Shown piece by piece: positions 9,267-18,857 of a DNA stretch of 64,000 bases. The stretch spans positions 1,440,001-1,504,000 of the forward strand of contig OZ243916.1 in the NCBI GenBank assembly GCA_965213675.1. The letters run 5' to 3'. The number at the start of each line of letters is the position of its first letter. The first letter of the stretch is position 1. The notes beneath the pieces were generated by a model. It had not been told where the DNA came from, did not search any database, and saw nothing but the letters and a program-made list of their open reading frames with translations. A program made the position numbers and the translations under genes. Origin of the DNA: an uncultured Candidatus Binatia bacterium (GTDB lineage: Bacteria; Desulfobacterota; Binatia; UBA9968; JAJDTQ01).

Positions 9267-9540
9267 ATGGAGCAACGCTACGTCAAGGACAGCATCGAAG
9301 CGGACCTGGCGTGGTGTCTGGTTAATACGCGTCATAATCTGCGGGTCTTTTTCGCCGTCGGCTGCGTTGCTCTTCCTCGCGTGGTAACCCCCACTGCTCG
9401 TCATCGCGCCTTGCCGACAACTTAATATTCTCCGCACATTATGACGCGAATTAACCAGACACCACACTAGCGAATCGAATGGTTTTCGTCGGCGGGCCGC
9501 GCCAGGTCGGCAAGACCACGCTGGCTAAGTTGAGCCAAGT
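9267..9540 (+). pseudogene. AAA_14/DUF4143-type ATPase 5' fragment interrupted by a MITE
   Basis: MEQRYVKDSIEADL [insertion] ANRMVFVGGPRQVGKTTLAK Walker A, then degenerates. Confidence 0.7.
9306..9470. mobile_element. MITE family B (about 165 bp, IS630-like CTAGTGT ends), copy 1
   Basis: About 33-bp inverted termini; core shared with 53740-53903 in the opposite orientation. Confidence 0.8.
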
Positions 9541-9695
9541 TCTATATGGCGTGTCCATTCTCATCAGGATCCGGGCAGCAAAGCGGAGGGTTTGGAAGCC
9601 TTCGATCTTTGGCAGTTTCACAATCCTCGACATGATTCGCGGATCCAGAGGAAGGGCTGCTCAGGTGAGTTTCATTTCATGGCGCTCCTCTCCCC

Positions 9696-10103
9696 TCACC
9701 CCTCTTTCCGCTTCGGCGGCGCATAGAGCTGCAACAGATTCCCGTCCGGGTCGAAGAAGTAGAAGCCGCGACCGGAGCGGCGTTCCACCACGGGGACTTC
9801 GTGGATGCGAACGCCGGCCTCGCGCATGCGTGCCTCGGCGGTCTCGAAGTCGTCGCTGTCCACGTAGAACGCCTGGTGGGTGACGCCGTCCTCGGCCAGG
9901 GCGTCCCGGTGGATGGGGTGGGGACGCTGGAACAGCACCACGATGCTGTTGCCGGAGCGCATGTCGGCGCGGCCCAGGCCCCGGAGGTCGTCGCGGGCGA
10001 TGTTGGCCACATCCATGCCCAGCACATCGTGGTAGAAGGCCACCGCCCGGTCGATGTCGTTGACCGGAATGCCGCTGTGATAGAGTCCCTTGGTCTTTAT
10101 CAT
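9696..10103 (-). CDS. VOC/glyoxalase family protein
   Basis: GLYHSGIPVNDIDRAVAFY...HQAF...FYFFDPDGNLLQL. Confidence 0.9.
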   Translation of the reverse strand: MIKTKGLYHSGIPVNDIDRAVAFYHDVLGMDVANIARDDLRGLGRADMRSGNSIVVLFQRPHPIHRDALAEDGVTHQAFYVDSDDFETAEARMREAGVRIHEVPVVERRSGRGFYFFDPDGNLLQLYAPPKRKEG

Positions 10104-10351
10104 TTCCTGCCTCCTGTGCCTGAAGGGCCTGGCGTCCTGTCATGTGACATCCGGACCGCTTCGTCCGTGAACGTCAAGGAGATCAGTCGCTGGTCTGAAG
10201 GGCCAGGCGTCCTGTCGTCCCCATGCGACAGGACACGCGCACCGTGCTCCATCGAATCCCGGGGGCAAACGTGCTATGCGGGAAATTCCATCATCGACCG
10301 TCACACGACGACAATCCACCGTCCCATGACAACAGCCAGAGGATACCACTG

Positions 10352-11635
10352 ATGAACGAACTGTGCAGACTTTCGGCCAGCGAGGCGGTGACGCGCGTCG
10401 CCAACGGAGAGATCACGTCCGAGGAGTTGACGCGCGCGTGCCTGGAACGCATCGAGGAGCGGGAACCGGCGGTGGAGGCGTGGACGCACCTGGACCCGGA
10501 GTACGCTCTGGCGCAGGCGCGGGAGCGCGACCGCGCGTCGAGCCGCGGGGCGGTCCACGGGCTGCCGTTTGCGGTGAAAGACATCATGGACACCGCGGAC
10601 ATGCCCACGGGCTACGGCTCGCCCATATGGGAAGGCTTCCGGCCCCGGGCGGACGCGGCCTGCGTGGCGCTCACCCGGGCCGCGGGAGGCGTGCTGATGG
10701 GCAAGACCGTGACCACGGAGTTCGCCAGCCGCCATCCGGGCAAGACCCGAAATCCCCACGATCCGACGCACACGCCCGGCGGCTCGTCCAGCGGCTCGGC
10801 CGCGGCCGTGGGAGATTTCATGGCCTTCATGGCGTTCGGCACCCAGACCCTGGGGTCGGTGATCCGGCCGGCGTCCTTCTGCGGCTGTGTGGGCTACAAG
10901 CCCAGCTACGGGGAGATCAGCACCGAGGGGGTGAAGGAGAATACCGGTTCCTTCGACACGGTGGGGCTGTTCGGCCGGGCCGTGGACGACCTGCCGCTGT
11001 TCCGGGCGGCGGTCACGGGCGAACCGGTGCGGCCGTTGGGCCCGGTCTCCTTGAAGGAACTGCGCGTGGGCCTGTGCCGCACGCCGCTGTGGGACAAGGC
11101 GCACGACTACACCAAGGCTCTCGTGGAAGGGGCCGCGGCCGACCTCGCCAAGGCGGGCGCGACGGTCTCGGACTTGGACCTGAGCGGTCCCTTCGCCGAG
11201 TTCGAGCCCATGGGCCGGCGGGTCAGCGACTACGAGATCTCCCGCGCCCTCACTTGGGAACGCACCCACCACTTCGACCTGTTGAGCGAATTCCAGCAGG
11301 GCAAGATGAAGGACTGGCCCGCGGTCTCCTACGAGGAGTACCGGGAGGGGGAGCGGGTCATGGCGGCGTGCCGGGCCTGGCTGGACGAGGCGATGAGGGA
11401 ATTCGACGTGCTGGTGATGCCCAGCGCCCCCGGCGAGGCCCCAACGGGGCTCCTCAACACGGGCGACACGTCGTTCAACATCCTCGCCACCTGGACCCAC
11501 GTGCCGTGCGTGACGCTGCCGCTCTTCAAGGGGCCGTCCGGCCTGCCCGTGGGGCTGCAACTGGTGGGGCACCGCTGCCGGGACCACCGGCTGTTCGAGG
11601 CGAGTCGAACGGTGCTCTCGGCCTTGTCGGGATAG
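10352..11635 (+). CDS. Amidase signature family enzyme
   Basis: AVKD, PGGSSSGSAAAV, GTQTLGSVIRPASFCG. Confidence 0.93.
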   Translation: MNELCRLSASEAVTRVANGEITSEELTRACLERIEEREPAVEAWTHLDPEYALAQARERDRASSRGAVHGLPFAVKDIMDTADMPTGYGSPIWEGFRPRADAACVALTRAAGGVLMGKTVTTEFASRHPGKTRNPHDPTHTPGGSSSGSAAAVGDFMAFMAFGTQTLGSVIRPASFCGCVGYKPSYGEISTEGVKENTGSFDTVGLFGRAVDDLPLFRAAVTGEPVRPLGPVSLKELRVGLCRTPLWDKAHDYTKALVEGAAADLAKAGATVSDLDLSGPFAEFEPMGRRVSDYEISRALTWERTHHFDLLSEFQQGKMKDWPAVSYEEYREGERVMAACRAWLDEAMREFDVLVMPSAPGEAPTGLLNTGDTSFNILATWTHVPCVTLPLFKGPSGLPVGLQLVGHRCRDHRLFEASRTVLSALSG

Positions 11636-11706
11636 CCCGCGTTTTCGGAGTCCATGAAGGAGACGGAAGAGGAGTTTACGGGACACGACACCCGGGTTGA
11701 CGCGAC

Positions 11707-12576
11707 ATGTTCCGTTCGGCGATATGGCATCGAGTCCTGCTCTACTCCTTCCCGGTGGTCCTTGTGATAACCCTGAGCCATACTGGCCACCTCGAAAACT
11801 ACTACCTCTACCATCCGGTGCGCGAGATCAGCGCCACCCCGGCCGACTACGGAGTACCCTTCGAGGACGTGCGCTTCCAGGCCGCCGACGGCGTCCGGCT
11901 GCATGGCTGGTACGTCGAACCTCCCGGTCCCGACCGCCCCGTTCTGCTCTGGGCCCACGGCAACGCGGGCAACCTCTCCCACCGCGCGCACAACATCGCC
12001 CTGATCCACAAGGAACTGCGCGCGGGAGTCTTTCTGTTCGACTACCGGGGGTTCGGCCGGAGCGAGGGCAAGCCTTGGGAGTCGGGACTCTATGACGATG
12101 CCCGGGGCGCGTACGCCTGGCTGCGCCAGCGCGTGCCGCCGGAGCGCGTGTTCGTCTTTGGGCGTTCCCTGGGCGCCGCGGTGGCGGTGCGCATCGTGGC
12201 CGAGGGCGCCGCGGCCCGCGGTCTGATCCTCGAATCGCCCTTCGAGACTCTGCTGGCCATCGGAAAGGAGATATTCCCCTTCCTGCCCGTGAGTTGGCTC
12301 GTTTCGCAGAAGTACGACAACGCTGCCTACCTGCCCTTGGTCAGAGTACCCGTGTTCATCCTTCACGGAGACGCCGACGAACTCATCCCTCTCGCTCACG
12401 GCCGGCGGCTCTTCGAGCTGGCCCATCCGCCCAAGCGCTTCCATGTCATCGCGCGATCGGGCCACAACGACACCTGGCTCGCGAGCGGAGCGCCGTATTG
12501 GGACGCCTGGCGCTCGTTTCTGGCGAACCCCGGGCAAGAAGTCCCGCCTTCACAAGGCCCACGGGGCAAGCCCTGA
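11707..12576 (+). CDS. Alpha/beta hydrolase (Bem46/ABHD13-like)
   Basis: HGNAGN, DYRGFG, GRSLG, HGDADE and GHND motifs; N-terminal anchor. Confidence 0.9.
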   Translation: MFRSAIWHRVLLYSFPVVLVITLSHTGHLENYYLYHPVREISATPADYGVPFEDVRFQAADGVRLHGWYVEPPGPDRPVLLWAHGNAGNLSHRAHNIALIHKELRAGVFLFDYRGFGRSEGKPWESGLYDDARGAYAWLRQRVPPERVFVFGRSLGAAVAVRIVAEGAAARGLILESPFETLLAIGKEIFPFLPVSWLVSQKYDNAAYLPLVRVPVFILHGDADELIPLAHGRRLFELAHPPKRFHVIARSGHNDTWLASGAPYWDAWRSFLANPGQEVPPSQGPRGKP

Positions 12577-12625
12577 ACGGGCGGAGAGGAACCAACCGCG
12601 GGTGCCTCCCTGCCCGTCCCCGCCT

Positions 12626-12650
12626 GGATTCCCGCTTCCGCGGGAATGAC
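12626..12650. repeat. REP-like palindrome
   Basis: GGATTCCCGCTTCCGCGGGAATGAC, same family as 5263-5287. Confidence 0.75.
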
Positions 12651-12670
12651 GGAATAGGGATGCGAGCACG

Positions 12671-12786
12671 ACAATATGGTTGACGACTTACCTACAATAT
12701 GGTTACGGACATGAAATGGTGACGGATATGATATGGTTGCGGACTTACCGATATGGTTACGGATATGAGGGTGTGGTACGGACATG
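12671..12786. repeat. Degenerate AT-richer tandem repeat, 6 units of 17-23 bp (core ATGGTTACGGA)
   Basis: Units begin at about 12671, 12694, 12714, 12731, 12751 and 12768. Confidence 0.7.
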
Positions 12787-12984
12787 GGGAGCGGATGCGA
12801 GGATGTCGGGGGACACGGGATGCGGGGATGACCGAAAGCACCGGACCTTCGAAGAGCCCTGACTCACGGGGCTTTTGGTCTCACCCGGCGAGTGTACTAT
12901 GAAAATGTCCCCCCTTGTTGTTTTTGACCATTCGCGCCGCCACGGGCCTGATTCGTGATCCGAACAGAGCCGGGAGGAAACGCT

Positions 12985-14361
12985 GTGGAACGTCTCAACG
13001 CGCTTATCGATTCGGTCAATGCCTTCGCCTGGGGTCCGCCGATGCTTGGCATGCTGGGCGTCACTGGCGTGCTGCTGACGCTGGGCCTGGTGTTCATGCC
13101 GTGGCGCAAGGTCGGCTATGGCTTTCGGCTGCTGTTCGACACCAGCGACGCGGGCGGCGGCGCGGGCGAGGTCAAGCCCTTCAACGCGCTGATGACAGCC
13201 CTGTCCGCCACGGTGGGCACCGGCAACATCGCCGGGGTGGCCACGGCCATCGCCCTGGGCGGACCCGGGGCGATCTTCTACATGTGGGTCATCGCGCTGT
13301 TCGGCATGGCCACCAAGTACGCCGAGGCGGTGTGCGCGGTCACTTACCGCGAGGTGGACGCCAACGGCAAGCATGTGGGCGGGCCCATGTACTACCTCCG
13401 GAACGGCGTGGGCGAATTCGCACCCGAGCTCGGCAAGTGGCTCGGCCTGGGGTTCGCCGTGTTCGGTGCGGTGGCGGCCTTCGGCATCGGCAACGCCGTG
13501 CAGGTCAACTCCATGGCGTCGGCGCTGGCGAACAGTTTCGCCGTCCCCACGTGGATCACCGGCATCGTCGTGGCGGCGCTGGTGGGCGTGGTGGTCCTCG
13601 GTGGCATCGAGCGCATCGGCGAGGTGGCGGGCAAGCTGGTGCCGGCCATGATCGTGCTCTACGTCGGCGCGGCCCTCCTGGTCATCGTCATCAACATCGC
13701 CTCGGTGCCCGCGGCCTTCGGACTGATCTTCACCTACGCCTTCACTCCGGCCGCAGCGGCCGGAGGCTTCGCCGGGGCGGCGGTGGCCGCGGCGGTGCGC
13801 TTCGGCGTGGCCCGCGGCGTGTTTTCCAACGAGTCGGGACTGGGCTCCGCGGCCATCGCCCACGCGGCCGCGCAGACCGACAGCCCGGTGCGCCAGGGCG
13901 TCATCGCCATGCTGGGCACGTTCATCGACACCTTGGTCGTCTGCACCATGACCGCGCTGGTAATCCTGACGTCCGGGGCCTGGACCCTGACCGGGGCGGA
14001 CGGCGGCGGCCTCACCGGCGTGGTGCTCACCTCCGCGAGCTTCGAGAGCACGGTGACCGGGGGCAGCTACATCGTCACCGTGGCGCTGGCGGTCTTCGCC
14101 TTCACCACCATCCTCGGGTGGTCCTACTACGGCGAGCGTTGCTGGCAGTACCTGTTCAGCGAGAACAGCCTGATGGTCTATCGCGTCCTGTGGGTGCTGG
14201 CGGCGTTGATCTTCGCCAATGTCAAGGTGGGGTTCGTGTGGAACCTGGCGGACACCCTCAACGGCCTGATGGCGGTGCCCAACCTCATCGGCCTGCTGCT
14301 TCTGGCGCCCATGGTGTTCAAGGTGACGCGGGAATACTTCGACAAGGCGGACAACCGGTAG
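12985..14361 (+). CDS. Sodium:alanine/glycine symporter (AgcS family)
   Basis: LSATVGTGNIAGVA, GGPMYY, RGVFSNESGLGSA; GTG start after GGAGG. Confidence 0.93.
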   Translation: MERLNALIDSVNAFAWGPPMLGMLGVTGVLLTLGLVFMPWRKVGYGFRLLFDTSDAGGGAGEVKPFNALMTALSATVGTGNIAGVATAIALGGPGAIFYMWVIALFGMATKYAEAVCAVTYREVDANGKHVGGPMYYLRNGVGEFAPELGKWLGLGFAVFGAVAAFGIGNAVQVNSMASALANSFAVPTWITGIVVAALVGVVVLGGIERIGEVAGKLVPAMIVLYVGAALLVIVINIASVPAAFGLIFTYAFTPAAAAGGFAGAAVAAAVRFGVARGVFSNESGLGSAAIAHAAAQTDSPVRQGVIAMLGTFIDTLVVCTMTALVILTSGAWTLTGADGGGLTGVVLTSASFESTVTGGSYIVTVALAVFAFTTILGWSYYGERCWQYLFSENSLMVYRVLWVLAALIFANVKVGFVWNLADTLNGLMAVPNLIGLLLLAPMVFKVTREYFDKADNR

Positions 14362-14431
14362 ACACCGGGCGCGACCCGAGGAAGCCGGCCGAACGCGCCT
14401 CGGCGAACCCTTGCGCCACAGCCGGCCAGTT

Positions 14432-15199
14432 TCAGAAGCCCAGACGGACACCGGCCCGGAAGACGTGATTCTGCATCTCGGCCTCGACGGGCGCGCCGTA
14501 GTTCCAGTCGGGGGTGGAATCGGTTGCGCCCATGTACCGGTAACCCACGTGCAGGACAAGCGAATCCCGCAACCGGTACCCCAGGCCCGCGCCGACCTGG
14601 TACGCGAACACCCAGTCACCGCTTTCGCCGCCGATCTCGTTGAGCACGCGGGCGGAGCTGGGCGGAAGCCCAAGCTGGGCCGCCAGCGAGCCCGACAGTT
14701 CCTCCGGAAGATCGATGTCGTAACGGACGTAGTTCACGCCCAGCCCGCCGCCCAGATACGGCGCCAGACCCATGCCGAGGTCGAAATCGTACCAGGCGTT
14801 GGCCATGAGACCCACCGTGGTGCGGGTGCCGTCGAGGTCCAGGCGGTCGTTGATCCGATTGACGCGCGAGCCCGTGATGGGCCGGTTGTTCAGGTTCAGG
14901 CGGTCGTATTCGATGGCGTCCACGTCCGTCCTCTCCCAGGTAGCCTCACCTTCCACACGCAGTCCCAGCAAGCCAACGCCCGCCGCCACGCTGTAAACGA
15001 GCCCCGAGTCGAAGTCCATGTCGCCAGAGCTGACATCCGACGTGAACTCCGAGGTCGAGCCGCGCGCCAGCCCGAGATCCGCCGCCAGGTAGAGCCCGCT
15101 CTGCGCTTCCGCGGTGGCGGCGATCCATGGAAGCAGACCCAGCAGCGCGAAGGCGCGGAACAGGTTCCCGAGGCTTGCAGGATATGGCGGCTTACACAT
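14432..15199 (-). CDS. Outer-membrane beta-barrel protein (OmpA/opacity-like)
   Basis: Signal peptide, MANAWYDF, PYLGGGLG, FAYQVGAG, C-terminal Phe. Confidence 0.85.
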   Translation of the reverse strand: MCKPPYPASLGNLFRAFALLGLLPWIAATAEAQSGLYLAADLGLARGSTSEFTSDVSSGDMDFDSGLVYSVAAGVGLLGLRVEGEATWERTDVDAIEYDRLNLNNRPITGSRVNRINDRLDLDGTRTTVGLMANAWYDFDLGMGLAPYLGGGLGVNYVRYDIDLPEELSGSLAAQLGLPPSSARVLNEIGGESGDWVFAYQVGAGLGYRLRDSLVLHVGYRYMGATDSTPDWNYGAPVEAEMQNHVFRAGVRLGF

Positions 15200-15251
15200 C
15201 GGGAGACTCCCTTGTCCGTCCCTGTAGGTCGAAACTCACAACCCCGTCCAG

Positions 15252-15317
15252 GAGCTTGCGCCGCAGGAATTCGCGAAAGCGAAAGTTCGCCATCGTGAAT
15301 TCCTACGGCGCAAGCTC
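15252..15317. mobile_element. MITE family C (short palindromic, TIR GAGCTTGCGCCGCAGGAATTC)
   Basis: Inverted termini flanked by CCAG/CTGG; inverted copy at 30370-30432; half-copies at 6417, 22399 and 62063. Confidence 0.75.
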
Positions 15318-16652
15318 CTGGGTCCCTTCAGGCTGGAACCGTTCGGTGGCGTCGAGGCCGCGCTGGAATTTGAGGTAGGCTTCCCGAGTCATGCGGGGTT
15401 TGTCTTCCCGGAGGATCCGGCGCGCCGCCGCGGCATTGTCGTGGAGCAGGTCGATGGCCGTCATGGCCAGTAGCTTGGCCGACTTCACGTAGACCGAGTC
15501 CTTGTCCACCAGCAGGTAGTTGCGGGTGTGACCGCCCCCGGCGGCGCCGTTCACGTAGGGATGCACGGCCGGCATGATGTGAGACACGTCGCCGAAGTCG
15601 GTGCTGCTGGTACGATGCTCGGCGGTGCGCCTGAAACCGCCGGAGCCGAACAACCGCGCGGCGTTGTCGCCCCAGTGCCGCGCCATGGCGTCGTTGTTGG
15701 TCTGAGGCAGGTAGCCCGGCACCGTGACGATCTCCACCGACGCGCCCACCGCCATGGCCGCGCCGCGAAGGGCGTTGTCTACCTTGCGGTTGGCGTCCAC
15801 GATGGCGTCGATGGTCTTGCCGCGGATGAAGGTCTCCATCTTCACTTCCGCCGGGACCGCGCTCACCGCCTCGCCTCCCTTGGTGATGATCGGGTGGATG
15901 CGGATGGTGTCGTCGTCGTAGAAGGTCTCGCGCTGGTAGGCAATGGCGGTGAGAGCCAGAGACGCGGCGTTGAGGGCGTTGACGCCGGCCTGCGGGCTGC
16001 CGCCAGCGTGGGCCGCCTTGCCGATGAACCGGATCTTCTTGATGAGCGCGCCGTTGGACGACCCCGCCACATGAGAGGCCAGGGTGTCGGTCTTGGTGTG
16101 GAACATCATTGCCAGGTTCACGTCGTCGAAATGGCCCAGCCGGATGAGTTCCGCCTTGCCGGCGAGGAATTCGATCTCGCCCCGCGCCTTGCGCTCAAGG
16201 CGCTCGTCCACATCGATCATCTCCTCCGCGGGGACCGCGAAGAACACCAGCGTGCCGGCAAGCTCCGGCGGCACGTTTGCGGACAGCAGCCCCATGGCGG
16301 CGCCCACCATGCCCGCCACCTGCGCGTTGTGGCCACACGCATGGGCGGCGCCGGTTCCCGGGTCTGCATGGGGATGGTCGAATACCTTGAGCGAATCCAG
16401 CTCCCCCAGGATGGCCAGCGCCGGACCGGACCGGCCGCAGTCCTTGCGGGCCTTGACGCCGGTGACCGCCAGACCCGTCTGCGGCTCCAGTCCGAGGTCG
16501 CGCAGCCGCGCCACCACAAGCTCGGCGGTCCTGAACTCGTTGAAGCCGGTCTCCGGTTGCCGCAGGATGGTTTCGCCGAGGTCGATGATTTCATCCCGGC
16601 GCGCTTCGATGACGCGACAGGCCTCCGCCTTGAGATCGTCCGCCGAGATCAT
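15303..16652 (-). CDS. M20-family amidohydrolase (AbgB-like)
   Basis: PETGFNE, GELDSL, HACGHN, PAEE and STDFGDVS motifs. Confidence 0.9.
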   Translation of the reverse strand: MISADDLKAEACRVIEARRDEIIDLGETILRQPETGFNEFRTAELVVARLRDLGLEPQTGLAVTGVKARKDCGRSGPALAILGELDSLKVFDHPHADPGTGAAHACGHNAQVAGMVGAAMGLLSANVPPELAGTLVFFAVPAEEMIDVDERLERKARGEIEFLAGKAELIRLGHFDDVNLAMMFHTKTDTLASHVAGSSNGALIKKIRFIGKAAHAGGSPQAGVNALNAASLALTAIAYQRETFYDDDTIRIHPIITKGGEAVSAVPAEVKMETFIRGKTIDAIVDANRKVDNALRGAAMAVGASVEIVTVPGYLPQTNNDAMARHWGDNAARLFGSGGFRRTAEHRTSSTDFGDVSHIMPAVHPYVNGAAGGGHTRNYLLVDKDSVYVKSAKLLAMTAIDLLHDNAAAARRILREDKPRMTREAYLKFQRGLDATERFQPEGTQELAP

Positions 16653-16680
16653 GGTCTCCGTTCCATTCACATTCAATCGG

Positions 16681-17163
16681 CTAACGTTGCCGCAGCGCTT
16701 CCTCCAGCAATCCCAGCGCGGCCTCGGTGAAGGTCCACATGTTGGCTTCGCGGTCGGGTTGGCCGGTCTCCACGGTGATGGCCCGCTCCGCCGGCCCGAC
16801 GATGGCCATGCAACTGTGCCCCGCAGCGTCGCCGTAGCGGTTCCCCGCGGGGCCGGTGGCGCCGCTTTCCGCCAGGCCCCAGGTGGCGCCGAGCCGTTCC
16901 CGGATGAGGCGGGCGCAGTCCAACGCGTAGGACTCGGTACTGCCGCGCACGGTCACCTGATCGGCGGGCATTCCCAACAGGCCCGCGCGCGCGTGTCGGG
17001 TGTAGATCACTCCCCCGCCCACAAAATACGCCGAGGCGCCGGGCAGCGACAGCAGCGCCGCGGAGATCAAGCCGCCACTGGACGACTCGGCCACCGCAAT
17101 GGTCTCGTTCCTTTCCCTGAGCAAGTCGCCCACCGCGCGTCCGAGGGTTGTCAGATCCGGCAT
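16681..17163 (-). CDS. CinA/PncC family protein (NMN deamidase-like)
   Basis: IAVAESSSGGLIS...PGASAYF...ESGATGP. Confidence 0.88.
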   Translation of the reverse strand: MPDLTTLGRAVGDLLRERNETIAVAESSSGGLISAALLSLPGASAYFVGGGVIYTRHARAGLLGMPADQVTVRGSTESYALDCARLIRERLGATWGLAESGATGPAGNRYGDAAGHSCMAIVGPAERAITVETGQPDREANMWTFTEAALGLLEEALRQR

Positions 17164-17204
17164 GGGTTCTCCTCTTCCCGAAACCCGTTGCGCCGCGTCC
17201 GGGC

Positions 17205-18668
17205 TTACTGCGTCGCGCCCCGCTGCAACGACAGCGAAAGCCCCGGACGGCGCACCTGGACGTCGCTGTAGCGGCTGCGATGGGCCAATTGTTCCATGAG
17301 CGTCACCATGGGCGCGCGGGCGCTGCGGTACTCCCGCGGTGGCCCGGCGGCGCGCATGGCGGCGATCTCCTCCTGGCCCAGCATCCAGCGCAGCAGCAAC
17401 TCCTCGTCGCTGACGCCCGGGCCGCCGAGCTTGCGCCGCACCTCCTGGATGGTGAGGTCGGGCGGCGCCCATCGGGCCATCTCCCTGCCCCGGGGGCGAT
17501 CCAGAATCTTGTGCTTCACGTCGGGGTCCATGGTGTCGGCGCCTTCCTGGCCCCAGAGCCCCAGCGCGTACTGGATGATCTGGTCGGTGACTTCCTGGTA
17601 GCGCTCACCGACGATGACGTTGATGGCCGCCTGGCTGCCCACGAACTGCGACAGCGGCGTCACCATGATGGGGTAGCCCAGGTCCGCGCGTACCCGCACC
17701 ACCTCGTCAAGGGCCTCCTCCGCCTTGTGCTCCAACCCCACCTTGGCGAGTTGGTGCCGCAGGTTGGAAATCATGCCGCCGGGCACCTGGTGCTGGTACT
17801 GGGCGTGGTCGTACTCCACCGGCGCGCCCAGCGGAAAGCCCTCCTGCCGCGCCACGGTGGTGAAGAACTCCGACACTTCCTCCAGCGCGTCCGTGTCCAC
17901 GGCGCAGGCATAGCCCAGGGCGCGCAGGTTGCCGGCGACGCTGAACACCGACGGATTCGACGAGGCATTGGCCAGCGGCGGCACCGCGGTGTTCACCGTG
18001 CGCACGCCGAGCTTCACCGCTTCCAGGCAGCACAGCGGACCCAGCCCGGTGGTGCAATGGGTGTGCAACTCCACCGGTATTCCACCGGCGTTCTCGAAGA
18101 TCATCGGCACCAGGGTGCGGGTGCGTTCGGGCGTGAGCAGGCCGCCGGGGTCCTTGAGGCACAGGAACGGCACCCCCAGGGACGCGGCCTCGCGCGTCTT
18201 GCGGGCGTAGTACGCGTCGGTGTGTCTGGGCGACACCGAGTAAATCAGGTTGACGATGGGTTCCAGGCCGTTCCTGCGCGCGATGCCCACCTTGCGCCGC
18301 CACCCCTCCAGCTCGTTCCATTCCTCGGAAATGCGCGCCTGCCGGATGCCGTTGGCCGCCATGCGCTCGATGAACAGTTCGTACACCGACACGGGCGTGA
18401 TCTCGAAGGCGTTCACCCGTCCGGCCATGAGCCGCAGCGGCGTCCGCGTGATGCGCTGCGCCACCAGGCGCACCCGGTCCCAAGGGTCCTCCTTGAGCTC
18501 GCGCACGCACTTCTTGAGGTGCGAGGCGGACATCAACTCGATGGCGTCGAAGCCAGCCTCGTCCATGGTGCGCGCCACCGGCAACATCATGCCCGTGGTC
18601 ATGCGCTCGGCCCACAGGCTCTGGTGGCCGTCGCGCAACGTCGTGTCTACAAATCGAATCTCGTCCAT
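17205..18668 (-). CDS. Pyruvate carboxylase subunit B / oxaloacetate decarboxylase alpha-like carboxyltransferase
   Basis: DTTLRDGHQSL, LKDPGG, HTHCTTG, HQVPGGMISN, YPIMVTPLSQ; no biotinyl domain. Confidence 0.88.
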   Translation of the reverse strand: MDEIRFVDTTLRDGHQSLWAERMTTGMMLPVARTMDEAGFDAIELMSASHLKKCVRELKEDPWDRVRLVAQRITRTPLRLMAGRVNAFEITPVSVYELFIERMAANGIRQARISEEWNELEGWRRKVGIARRNGLEPIVNLIYSVSPRHTDAYYARKTREAASLGVPFLCLKDPGGLLTPERTRTLVPMIFENAGGIPVELHTHCTTGLGPLCCLEAVKLGVRTVNTAVPPLANASSNPSVFSVAGNLRALGYACAVDTDALEEVSEFFTTVARQEGFPLGAPVEYDHAQYQHQVPGGMISNLRHQLAKVGLEHKAEEALDEVVRVRADLGYPIMVTPLSQFVGSQAAINVIVGERYQEVTDQIIQYALGLWGQEGADTMDPDVKHKILDRPRGREMARWAPPDLTIQEVRRKLGGPGVSDEELLLRWMLGQEEIAAMRAAGPPREYRSARAPMVTLMEQLAHRSRYSDVQVRRPGLSLSLQRGATQ

Positions 18669-18857
18669 GTGTCCTCGCGTCAGCCGCGGCCGGTAACCGT
18701 GACAGACTCCTGCGATCGGGCGGGACGGCGTCTTGAGACTTCGCCACGGGGACGGCGAACGACCAGGTCAACCAATCCCTTGCAACCCCCGTGCGCCCTG
18801 AGCGTGGCTCAGCGACGTCGAAGGGCGCCATACAGCCCGACAAGGCCCTGCAACCTG

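Noticed and set aside
12671-12786. CRISPR array
   Set aside because: Units are short and degenerate with no unique 30-40 bp spacers, and there are no cas genes
12790-12984. Glycine riboswitch upstream of the AgcS symporter
   Set aside because: Expected from context, but the GGAGAG/CCGAAG/CTCTCAGG consensus elements were not found
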